Positions 13,301-20,482 of a stretch of DNA of 39,909 bases are shown in pieces. Both the position numbers and the translations under genes were made by a program. The notes beneath the pieces were generated by a model, which saw nothing but the letters and a program-made list of their open reading frames with translations, was not told the DNA's origin and made no database searches. Source of the stretch: a virus (taxonomy: Duplodnaviria > Caudoviricetes). Position 1 is the stretch's first letter. Each line of letters begins with the position of its first letter. Where the stretch lies: positions 1 to 39,909 of the IMG/VR virus record IMGVR_UViG_3300023175_000096. The stretch is one strand, 5' to 3'.

Positions 13301-16300
13301 GTTTCTGCTCCAAACTCGAATACTGAAGATGGCGAAGAAAGAGGCACAGTATATGTTTATACATATAATCCTGCAATAGGTGTAAGAGAGTTTGAATTAA
13401 CTCAAACACTTGTAAGTTCTAAACCAGTTAGAGGAGAGCAATTTGGAGGAAATATTGATTTTGATGGACGTATGTTATTTGTTAGTGCATTTAGCGCACC
13501 AAGCGATGATGTGACACAATTTGATACCTATCAAGAGCGTTTATTTCCTGAAAGTAATGTTAACGGTAAAAAGTATATATTAGATCCAAATAGTGCAGGA
13601 ACAACTGCTACTACCTTTGACAGTGGGTTTACATCATTTAAGAATACTATTGCTAATAATGGTGTTGTATATGTTTATGATAGAATAGAAGATAGTTTAG
13701 TGTTTGGTCAAACACTTGATCTTAATGATCCAAATATAAGATATTTTGGACGTAATATTAGTGTTAAAAATAATCATATGTATGTTAGTCTTCCAACATA
13801 TGATAATAAAGATAGTGACGGAGTATCAACCAATAAACTTGGTCTAATTCTTGATTATAGACGATCAGATGCTACTCGAGTTTGGGAAACATATCGTAAA
13901 CCAGCATTACCAGTTGATGTGGATAAGATAAAACGTGTAATGCTTTATGATAGTAATAAAAATGTTATCTTAGAAAATTTAGATTACATTGACCCAGTGC
14001 AAGGAAAAATTGCAGGACCAGCTGATCAAGAAATTCGCTGGAAAACAATATTTGATCCAGCAACTTATTCTTTAGGAACTTCAGATCTTGATGTTGATGA
14101 AACTGAATCATGGGGAGAAGCACAAGTAGGTCAAGTATGGTGGGATTTAACAACTAGCAAATTCTTAAATACGTACATAGAAGACAATATAGTTTATAAA
14201 AGTAATAATTTTAATACTTTATTTGAAGGCGCATCAGTTGATGTGTATGAATGGGTAAAATCTAAATTAAAGCCTGAAAAGTGGGACGAATTGTCTGCTC
14301 AGCCAGAAGGCGAAAGCAAAGGAGTTACTGGTACTACAAAATACGGAAAAGATGTTTATGTAGAAAAACGTGTATATGATAAAATTGCACAATCATTTAC
14401 ATCTTATTACTATTACTGGGTTAAGAATAAAACAACTATACCTTCAGTAGAAAATAGATCTCTTAGTGTAGAAACTATTGCAAAATTAATTGAAGATCCA
14501 GGAGCACAAGGATATAAATTTATTAGTTTCTTTGGCAATAATTCTTTTGCATTGCACAACTGTGATGCATATATCAAAGATAAAGATACTGTATTAAATA
14601 TTCAATACTGGACATTTAGCGATAAGTTTAGTAATATACACAATCAATATCAAATATTGTCAGAAGGGTTAGATACAAGTAAACCGTATAAAGAAATTGA
14701 ACAAAAATGGTTTGACAGTTTAATTGGATACGACAAACAAATAAGACCAGTTCCTGATCCTAACCTAAGTGTTAAAGAAAAATACGGAATTCTTAATAAG
14801 CCAAGACAGAGCTGGTTTATTAATAAAGTAGAAGCACTTAAACAGTTAATTGAACGTGTTAATATTGTTCTTAAAGACAACTTAATAGTTGACGAAAAAA
14901 ATATATCAGCATTTTTAGATTATGACCCTGCTCCTACTTTAGTGTCAAGGCATTATGATGTTGAAGTAGACACTGAAATTGACTTAGAATTTGTAGGTGT
15001 ATCAAGATTAATTACGGCAGAATTATTACCTATTGTACAAGATGGTAAAGTGGTTCGTGTTGATATTCTAAATTCGGGTAGAGGTTATAAAGTTCCTCCT
15101 ACGTATGAAATTACAGGGCTTGGCGCAGATGCTGAATTTGATATAGTAATTAATACAGCTGGTCAAATAACTGAAGTTAATGTATTAAACACAGGATACA
15201 ATTATAACGAAAATACAGAAATAGAAGTACGTCCATTTACAGTTCTTGTTAATGCTGACAGTCAAATTAGAGGTAATTGGGCTTTATACAGTAGAGATAT
15301 TGAAGCAAGAGAATGGAATAGAATTGGAAGTCAAGCATACGATGTAACCAAGTATTGGAATTATATTGACTGGTACGATACTGGCTATAACGAATTTACA
15401 GAAATTGATCATGTAATTGAACAAAGTTATGGACTACAAAGTATTAATGATCAATTTGGTGACGTTGTTAAAATTTTAAATGTTGGCAGCGATGGTTGGT
15501 TATTGCTTGAAAAGATTGATAATCAAGATACAATAGACTATACAGTTAACTATAAAACAATTGGTAAACAAAACGGAACTATAAAATTAAGTGATAACTT
15601 GTATAACTTTAATTTAAGTAGAGTTGGCTTTGATACAAATACATTTGATACCCAATTCTTTGATAGTCAACCAATAGCAGAAACAAGAATTATTTTAGAA
15701 GCATTAAGAGATGATATCTTAGTTAATGATTTAGCAGACGAATATAATAAATTATTCTTTGCAAGTTTACGTTATGTATTTGCAGAGCAAGGTTATGTTG
15801 ATTGGGCATTTAAAACTAGTTTTGTTAAAGCAAGACATAATGTTGGAAAATTAAGTAATCGTGTTACATATAAAAATGATGCATTATCTAGTTATGAGGA
15901 TTATATTAACGAAGTTAAACCTTATAAAACTAAAATTAGAGAATATGTTTCCGATTATACAACTGTTGAAAGCTCACAAAGTACTGTTACTGATTTTGAT
16001 AATCCTCCAAGATTTGAAAGAGAAACTAACAACATTGAAGTTAGTGACATAAGAGTTATTAACGGATTCTTATCTGGAACATTTGATAATTACACTTCAT
16101 ACCCAAATAAGTTTTGGGTAGACAATGCTTCTTATAAAGTTATTGAAATTTCTATAGCAGATGCAGGAGCAGGTTATTCTAGTGCGCCTATTGTTACAAT
16201 TGAAGGCGATGCTACTGCAAAGGCCTCTTTAGGCCCAGGTGGTAAAATTTCTAGTATAGTTATTACAAATCCAGGAAGTGGATATATTACTGCTCCAAAG

Positions 16301-19300
16301 GTAACACTAAATGGTTCTATTGAAGATGGTGGACATCCAGCAAGAGTTTCAGCTAGGATAGGAGATAGTTTAGTTAGAACAACTCATACTACTGTTAAGT
16401 TTGATAGAGTAAGCGGAACTTTCTTTATTACACAATTAAATGAAACAGAACAGTTTTTAGGAACTGCATCTAAGACAGAATACGATCTTAGCTGGCCTAT
16501 GGATATGAGAACCAATACAGTTGAAGTTACTGTTAACGGTGAACTTGTACTTAATAGTCAATATACTTACGACAATTATCTCAATACAGAAAGCGGCTTT
16601 GACAAATACTATGGGAAAGTTATATTTAACGATCCGCCAAAAAATAATTCAGTAATTGAAGTAAACTACAAAAAGTCAGTTAGGTTGTTAGATGCACAAG
16701 ATAGAATTAATTTATTCTACAATCCAACTAGCGGACAAATAGGTAAAGATATTACTCAGTTAATGGACGGTGTTGACTATGGCGGCGTACAAGTTAAATC
16801 ATTTGAATTTGCTGGACCTACCGGTTGGGATACAGACAATTGGTATACCGGAGCTTGGGATATATTTGACGAAAGTTTTGATGAAGAATCATTCGAAACA
16901 GACGGTAGTACATTAGTATTCGAATTAAGCTCTCCGTTACAAAAAGGTGTAAAATATAATGTTTACATTAATGGTGAACGTGTAGATGACGACGGTTGGG
17001 ACGGAACAACAAGTGCTGATAATCTAGCAAACAAAAAAGCATTTATGGCTCCGGTAATAGGTGATGGTATAACTGATACTTTTACTTTTGAAAACCAAAC
17101 AGGTTATTACAAATATTTAGATGATCTTAGTCCTGGATGGAGAGATAATCCGCCAAAAGAAATTATAACAATACGTAGAACTACTTCGGACGGTTCGTTA
17201 AAACCCAATGAAGAAAGTTTTGATACTGCTTTAGAAGGCGGCGACTTAGCTTATACAACAGCATTAGGTATCAATGCAGAAGAAATTAATGTTGATGGTG
17301 ATGGATTTGTAACACCAACAACAAGTAAAGGACCAGAAGAAACTATTCCTGGACAAGTACTTGATGCACTAGACATTACAGTGTATGAACGTCCAGTTAG
17401 TGGATCTAGTTTAATGCAAACTTATCTGTTTAAAGGTGATGGTTCAACAACTACCTTTACATTAAAACAACGTCCATTCTCATACGAAAGTGTTATTGTT
17501 AAAATTAACTATGAAATTGTATATGGCAAGTCTAAGTATAAAATTGATTATGATAATAATCAAGTAATATTCTATACACCGCCAGCTGATAATGATAATA
17601 TTGCAATAATTAGTATGGGCATAGGCGGCGAGAATGTTCTAGATTATGATGAATTTACAGCTGACGGTGTAACACAAGATTATTTAACGGGTATTGCTTA
17701 TAGTGAAACAGCTCATGCGTATGTAACAGTTAATGGCGAATATCAAGCATTTGATTTAATTGAGTCTGACGAAACATACGAAGTACCAGGCAACTGTGTT
17801 ATACGTTTTGTTCAACCACCAGAAGAAAATAGATTAATACAATATGGATTATTTGACGGTGAAATTGATTCATTTAGCCAAGTTACAGTAGATGAAATTA
17901 TAGCAGACGGCTCTTCCACTAGTTACGAATTGTCAAGAGCACCATTTAATCAAGAACCAGATTCATTTAACATAATTGTAACAGTTAACGATAAACTTCT
18001 AAATGCAGGATATAGTGAGTCGTTTACAGTTCTTGAAGATGTATTAGAATATAGAATGAAAGTATGGCAAGTTCCGGTAGGTACACTATCAGGAACACAT
18101 ATGAAAGTTTTCTTAAATGGCAGAGAACTTGAATTTTTACAAGAATGGACATTTGAAGGTGCAACAGCATTTAATCCTAATATTAGTGATGATGCACAAC
18201 CAGGTAGTACTGTAATTCTTAATAGAGGTGTTGCTGCTGCCGGCGATGAACTAAAAGTTTATGTTATGGACGACGGCGAATATAGATTTGGCTATTGGGA
18301 CGAAAATGATATTTTTGTTGACACATCAGGAAGTGATAGTATAACTCCAGTACTTCATTTTGATGCTACTTATGAAGAAGGTGATATTATAAGGGTATAC
18401 CAGTTTAGCAATCATGATGGTCAAGGAATAGAACGAGAAAATTATGATATAGTACAACGTACTGAAATGACATATCAATCACAAGGATATTATGATTATA
18501 GACGTTTAAAAAGAGGTTTAATTAAACTAAGACAAGAAGCTGTCGGTGTTGATTATGTTTGGGTAGCACTAAACAATAAATGGTTAACGCCAACTGCTGA
18601 TTATATTTTATTAGAAAATAAACAATACATTGAGTTTATTACACCAGTAAACGATGGCGATTCTATTGACATTATACACTTTAGTAATCCTCCAATATCC
18701 AATAAGTTTGGTTGGAGACAATTTAAAGATATGTTAAATCGTACACATTACAAGCGTTTAAATAGTGAAGATCAATATACTTTAGCACAACCATTAAATT
18801 GGTATGATAGAAGTATTACTGTAGTTGAACAAGAAGGAAATCTACCAACACCAGATCCAAAAGGAAATACTCCAGGTGTAATCTTTATTGAAGGAGAGCG
18901 TATTGAATTCTTTAGAAGAGAAGGTAATGTATTAAAACAATTACGTAGAGGAACTTTAGGTACAGGCGTTAAAGATCTTTATGAAGCAGGTACTAAATTC
19001 TATAATCAAAGTGTAGATAGTTCAATTCCTTATAAAGACAGACAAGAAGAAGTAATAGCACTTGCAGGAGAATATAAGGATATGTCATTGGTGTATCCGG
19101 ATAATAGTCCTGAAATAAGTGTAACAAGTATTGCATATAACTTTAATAATAATACAGTATTTCCGTTAGGTGGGCAAATTGCAACAGTAGACGGAGAAGG
19201 GTTCCGTGAAGGAGTAACTGTATTAGTACAAGATGTTAAATGTGAAACAACATACATAAGTGGAACACAGTTACAATTTGTAACTCCAGCATTACCTGTA

Positions 19301-19843
19301 GGAGCATACGATTTAGTAATTATTAATCCAGTAGAAACAGATCCAATATTTAGACCTTCAACTACTTTAGTTGTTACTAAGTATCTACCATATGTACAAA
19401 TATTGTTACCATTTGCTCCGTATCCTAATCCTGCAAGTTCAGGCGCTTGGGATCCAGCAACTGAAACAGGATGGTACAAGGATGCATTTGAAAACTTAGG
19501 AATCCCAGAAGTATATTGGGAGGCGCAAGATATTGAGGTATTTGCAAATGGTCGTAGACTTCGTAAAAATCCAATTAAAGTTTACGATGTAAACGAAGGT
19601 CAGTTTAGCCCAGATGGCGATGTTTGGTTACAAGCAGAATATGCAGTTAACAAAAATGTCGGAGCATATGTACGCCTAACTGCACCTCCAGAACCAAATA
19701 CAGTGCTAACTATAGTTAGAAATCAAGGTTTAATTTGGAATGAAATTATAGACGAAACAACAGGAACGTATAAACCACTAGGTCAGTCTAATACAGAAGT
19801 AGCAACTTTCTTACGTGGAAAGAGTATTGAATTACCGCGATAA
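4301..19843 (+). CDS. Giant multidomain virion structural protein (baseplate wedge/adhesin-like, 5180 aa)
   Basis: Uninterrupted 15.5-kb ORF after the gp6-like gene. The N-terminus (HLPKYFRTEKNTKFL) is gp7-like by position. It contains FG-GAP-like propeller blades, CBM5/12-like W/Y motifs, G.GY repeats, F.GDG.T..F.L repeats and a C-terminal IPT/TIG-like domain. Confidence 0.75.
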   Translation: MADDNKQNEYPLPGEVPQRRESARHLPKYFRTEKNTKFLQSTLDQLLQPGVSEKVNSFVGRKSAKAFNSTTDSYLEDVTADRTNYQLEPVSIVKDNLGNTEFLRDYMDYIHQIENFGGDNKNHSRNNKQEFYAWNPNINWDMLTNFREYYWLPTGPQTVVIPGESKEITSTYTVELQNALGDYSYVFTPDGATNNPTLKLYRGVKYRFEINTPGLPFTFRSARTLEDEFLLVDEVSQQGVENGVIELLLGPGTPNEIWYVADNDINIGGLIKVANQDEASFIDVESEILGKKYYQTRDGWSLTNGLKVRFSGEVTPSKFADSEWYVEGVGDAIKLVSDIDVEVSFPVGIDLLIPFDDGVDGFDSLPFGSATGYPRDKDYITINRSSPDGNFWSRYNRWFHRSVIELSAEINNLVLDIDQSQRANRPIIEFKDGLKLYNFGTKTKQVVDLLDNFTTDAFSTIEGSLGYNIDSVQLVEGMRIVFLADTDPLVRGKIFEVRFIKFTGSGSDGQISLVETADSDPQSGENILITRGESYAGSMWYYDGTDWNRAQEKTAVNQPPVFDIFDVDGYSYSNTNVYPANSFRGTKIFSYKEGTGSNDSVLGFPIAYRSINNVGDIVFNFDFNTDIVQYQIDDELYNINVSNGYLRRYIPDLGYELLGAYVKTDALSEQEVILQYVNDGTRLQYPIDCYNNSAFLTDLKVKVFVDNVIVYEGTDYELVNTADKIKAIKFLNSVEQNANILIKTSSSTPKNQNGYYDIAPNLEKNPLNENISTFTLGEVTDHVSSITQNTPNFNGVFPGVSNLRDIKNLSAYGRKFIKHSAPLNLALFSTLDKESNIVKSLRFSKKEYSKFKRLFLEAAESISYSGTVRGHVDKIIEEITKDKINSMPFYFSDMIGYGAAVTTKILIEDKDTRFFALTTPFDLTELSTRAVTVYLNGVQLLHNRDYIFNSEGYLEVTVEKEFGDTLEINEYENTNGTYIPSTPTKLGLFPKYVPEIFVDDTYADAPLIIRGHDGSLTKAFNDYRDDLILDLEKRIFNNIKTEYDPKILNIHDYLPSTFRNTQFSRTEVYSPMITDFVQWLELIDEDYTEHRYFDRIDSFTWNYSSMNSPTGEKLAGWWRGVYRQLFDTDRPHTQPWEMLGYTIKPTWWEEQYGPAPYTSENLLMWEDLEKGIIRKPGEPFIINSKYARPGLTKFLPVDRDGNLLSPSDSNATQRFASVGLDSSFVFGDNSPIENAWRQSSEFPFALLTSWIINSPSSLLSAGFDRSRQIRNTLGHLVYKPTMDHIKLSDLVFPNTSADSTQVLTSGLVNYISAFMSSSVTSNFDDYKRKLKSIKNCLAFKLGGFTDKSKFKLILESRTPLNSGNVFIPEENYNIALHTSSPIKTVNYSGVIVEKRPSGFIIRGYNKENPVFKWYRPFSSNKDVTINVGGISESFSKWEAGQLYNKGKIVQHQNSFFSVIETHTAALSFDSSKFTKLPKLPTIGGADATFKVRFNKFDEEILPYGTNLRTIQDVVDFLLGYEQWLIEQGFRFEYYDGEEKVLSDWKNSCREFMFWTTQNWSEGALIALSPVADEINFQTEYSTVDNIFDNFYGYSLLKSDGTKLVEEFTRISRQEPNKFKIRPKQTGDGVYAVQIPIIRKEHIVILDNTTVFGDIIYQPATGYRQDRIRTLGYRTVDWDGSLNVPGFIYDEAIITEWQSWKDYSIGDLVKHKQFFYSANEKVPGSLLFDDKYWSRLSEKPESRLLTNFEYKTNQFADFYDLDTDNFDIEQQKYAQHLIGYQNRNYLANIINDDVSQYKFYQGMIKEKGTLNSLNKLFDVLSENDKESIDFYEEWAIKQSQYGASEGFDEVEFKLDESLIRSNPQPFLLTNDITGEETDLVYRIPDFSVFKKPAKYNNTPFPVTESLPQYTRDAGYTHIEDIAITVANFDDIVTKSFTEVKNKEYVWVGNRNGDWSVYQHVNSSYIITSIKGNATAISIGAADKNQFTITLDTSTTDIVPGDIIGIYDLIETSYATQDSTYPIAKQTSSDTDGFFKVLKVSVNEIIIETDKVISDINQCRGIVSKFIPVRANTYNDANKIAQEGINKNDLLWVDTDDRNQWRVLRNTQAYNLLQRIPGEELGINNNFASSLAVDSRNVTLAVASPTAGNDGKVFLYTRGGNNQNFQFTQIIEPISTISDLNKGFGKGIDISSDGKYLIVGSPNSSNVKTKFKGEYDPTADYQNTEIVSYEEQLWEAIVDIQGANLSQPFGSFTAMVEVIVDNNITSGEIQFNNLLAGNYPFKNTEADHILVRAGADQYRATGIGDTVYLDWYAETSANQQQDPNNLFRQPFGGEGLPWVTEEFLESGLVIQNKIDVVLYIDAFSQIPNVGDQIESQGVFGYVAYTYQEGPSVVIYVTGSVGTWQETNSVFLETGEFLGQYVRNAPKELAEVDTTDELGGYWLFNRPEEFSSPQPILSGDVIEDEGRALAIYNIVPAGKDPVDAAGGNIWDYNNTELFAGDNNQNSYIRTLTSEGEPGAYGEFDIIKSDLFVVRAPKSLTDILDVVAPGDENNDKVGLRVLNFANLNDGSFVDITDSGLNYFDTNKTHTLYDLWDGYIKFALDETDDFGRRFEPLVGQFVRDQNTGATAQITFYQRDSAEATIFVKNVAGENPWSLGSDNGQPAILEMLRIPNNPSTIYNVTRPLGDIKTVSLGSENLGIGGLCVFQLDTEIDEVPVNDTIIGAEYIIYKDSEILGLPTEPNIPSSVNLNWKNVFRVPVDANGVALPLNNYGSYSIYVRENVSTFTPLGSFIVPDQIDELQIGSKIKIAKQNDFYRAFIGCKGNGTEENPGRIYFLNNGTDEEGLTYNWELAKDKRYKGSFSEDRDYYLNDIIFNDGEFYTAQTNIAAGDKFNILDWSLSTSDSIRSVDFVGFIPNNTDNVPGNDSSLKLEQDGLISFGKDFDISDDGEVLAVTAEYNNGPNKVILYRNVNGNYQKYQEFVTTQDNDEFGNQVSVSQDGTMVAVSAPNSNTEDGEERGTVYVYTYNPAIGVREFELTQTLVSSKPVRGEQFGGNIDFDGRMLFVSAFSAPSDDVTQFDTYQERLFPESNVNGKKYILDPNSAGTTATTFDSGFTSFKNTIANNGVVYVYDRIEDSLVFGQTLDLNDPNIRYFGRNISVKNNHMYVSLPTYDNKDSDGVSTNKLGLILDYRRSDATRVWETYRKPALPVDVDKIKRVMLYDSNKNVILENLDYIDPVQGKIAGPADQEIRWKTIFDPATYSLGTSDLDVDETESWGEAQVGQVWWDLTTSKFLNTYIEDNIVYKSNNFNTLFEGASVDVYEWVKSKLKPEKWDELSAQPEGESKGVTGTTKYGKDVYVEKRVYDKIAQSFTSYYYYWVKNKTTIPSVENRSLSVETIAKLIEDPGAQGYKFISFFGNNSFALHNCDAYIKDKDTVLNIQYWTFSDKFSNIHNQYQILSEGLDTSKPYKEIEQKWFDSLIGYDKQIRPVPDPNLSVKEKYGILNKPRQSWFINKVEALKQLIERVNIVLKDNLIVDEKNISAFLDYDPAPTLVSRHYDVEVDTEIDLEFVGVSRLITAELLPIVQDGKVVRVDILNSGRGYKVPPTYEITGLGADAEFDIVINTAGQITEVNVLNTGYNYNENTEIEVRPFTVLVNADSQIRGNWALYSRDIEAREWNRIGSQAYDVTKYWNYIDWYDTGYNEFTEIDHVIEQSYGLQSINDQFGDVVKILNVGSDGWLLLEKIDNQDTIDYTVNYKTIGKQNGTIKLSDNLYNFNLSRVGFDTNTFDTQFFDSQPIAETRIILEALRDDILVNDLADEYNKLFFASLRYVFAEQGYVDWAFKTSFVKARHNVGKLSNRVTYKNDALSSYEDYINEVKPYKTKIREYVSDYTTVESSQSTVTDFDNPPRFERETNNIEVSDIRVINGFLSGTFDNYTSYPNKFWVDNASYKVIEISIADAGAGYSSAPIVTIEGDATAKASLGPGGKISSIVITNPGSGYITAPKVTLNGSIEDGGHPARVSARIGDSLVRTTHTTVKFDRVSGTFFITQLNETEQFLGTASKTEYDLSWPMDMRTNTVEVTVNGELVLNSQYTYDNYLNTESGFDKYYGKVIFNDPPKNNSVIEVNYKKSVRLLDAQDRINLFYNPTSGQIGKDITQLMDGVDYGGVQVKSFEFAGPTGWDTDNWYTGAWDIFDESFDEESFETDGSTLVFELSSPLQKGVKYNVYINGERVDDDGWDGTTSADNLANKKAFMAPVIGDGITDTFTFENQTGYYKYLDDLSPGWRDNPPKEIITIRRTTSDGSLKPNEESFDTALEGGDLAYTTALGINAEEINVDGDGFVTPTTSKGPEETIPGQVLDALDITVYERPVSGSSLMQTYLFKGDGSTTTFTLKQRPFSYESVIVKINYEIVYGKSKYKIDYDNNQVIFYTPPADNDNIAIISMGIGGENVLDYDEFTADGVTQDYLTGIAYSETAHAYVTVNGEYQAFDLIESDETYEVPGNCVIRFVQPPEENRLIQYGLFDGEIDSFSQVTVDEIIADGSSTSYELSRAPFNQEPDSFNIIVTVNDKLLNAGYSESFTVLEDVLEYRMKVWQVPVGTLSGTHMKVFLNGRELEFLQEWTFEGATAFNPNISDDAQPGSTVILNRGVAAAGDELKVYVMDDGEYRFGYWDENDIFVDTSGSDSITPVLHFDATYEEGDIIRVYQFSNHDGQGIERENYDIVQRTEMTYQSQGYYDYRRLKRGLIKLRQEAVGVDYVWVALNNKWLTPTADYILLENKQYIEFITPVNDGDSIDIIHFSNPPISNKFGWRQFKDMLNRTHYKRLNSEDQYTLAQPLNWYDRSITVVEQEGNLPTPDPKGNTPGVIFIEGERIEFFRREGNVLKQLRRGTLGTGVKDLYEAGTKFYNQSVDSSIPYKDRQEEVIALAGEYKDMSLVYPDNSPEISVTSIAYNFNNNTVFPLGGQIATVDGEGFREGVTVLVQDVKCETTYISGTQLQFVTPALPVGAYDLVIINPVETDPIFRPSTTLVVTKYLPYVQILLPFAPYPNPASSGAWDPATETGWYKDAFENLGIPEVYWEAQDIEVFANGRRLRKNPIKVYDVNEGQFSPDGDVWLQAEYAVNKNVGAYVRLTAPPEPNTVLTIVRNQGLIWNEIIDETTGTYKPLGQSNTEVATFLRGKSIELPR

Positions 19844-19847
19844 ATAC
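19839..19847 (+). promoter_or_regulatory. Putative late promoter core (gaTAAATAc) overlapping the stop codon of the giant gene
   Basis: TAAATA at 19841-19846, followed by an AGGA Shine-Dalgarno and ATG 19865. Confidence 0.6.
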
Positions 19848-19864
19848 ATTGACAGGAAAACAAA

Positions 19865-20479
19865 ATGGCAGACAATTTTTTTGATAAACAAGGTATATTT
19901 TTAGAAGGTCATGTAAAAATTCATGATCCAGATTCTGGAGAAATACTACTTAATAAGCGTAATGCAATACATTATGAAAATATGAGTATTGCTCTTGCAG
20001 AAAGTTTAAGTAATGCAGGCCAGGGCTGGGTACATGAAATGAGCTTTGGTAACGGCGGAACTAGTTTAGATCCAACAGGAATTATTACTTACCTAACACC
20101 AAACAGCACAGGAACAAATGCAAGTTTGTATAACCAAACTTTTACTAAAGTTGTTGACGATAGAAGTGTTAATAACATAGATCCGGCACGTAATAAAATT
20201 GATATTCGTCATGTTAGTGGTACAAACTATACAGACATATTAGTATCTTGTTTATTAGACTACGGTGAGCCTAATGGACAAGACGCATTTGATACTGCTA
20301 GTAGTACTGAAAGTTTATATGTGTTTGACGAACTTGGTTTAAGAGGTTATGATCCAGATGGTCAAGGTCGTTTGCTGACACATGTAATTTTCCATCCTAT
20401 ACAAAAGTCATTAAACAGACTTATACAAATTGATTACACTGTAAGAGTACAATCATTAACTGGTTTCAACGAGGGGTAA
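19865..20479 (+). CDS. Virion structural protein, probable baseplate/fibre-attachment subunit
   Basis: 204 aa with a good SD, between the giant baseplate protein and the fibre genes. Motifs FGNGG, FDELGL and LLTHVIFHPIQKS recall beta-sandwich fibre-docking domains. Function is inferred from context. Confidence 0.55.
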   Translation: MADNFFDKQGIFLEGHVKIHDPDSGEILLNKRNAIHYENMSIALAESLSNAGQGWVHEMSFGNGGTSLDPTGIITYLTPNSTGTNASLYNQTFTKVVDDRSVNNIDPARNKIDIRHVSGTNYTDILVSCLLDYGEPNGQDAFDTASSTESLYVFDELGLRGYDPDGQGRLLTHVIFHPIQKSLNRLIQIDYTVRVQSLTGFNEG

Positions 20480-20482
20480 TAA

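Noticed and set aside
4301-19843. Intein, intron or stop-codon recoding as the explanation for the giant ORF
   Set aside because: No Hint or LAGLIDADG motifs were recognised; the ORF is open in the standard code, and TAA, TAG and TGA all terminate genes in this window.
19849-19854. TTGACA upstream of 19865 as a sigma70 -35 box
   Set aside because: No -10 hexamer at 16-18 nt spacing; that position is already inside the coding sequence.
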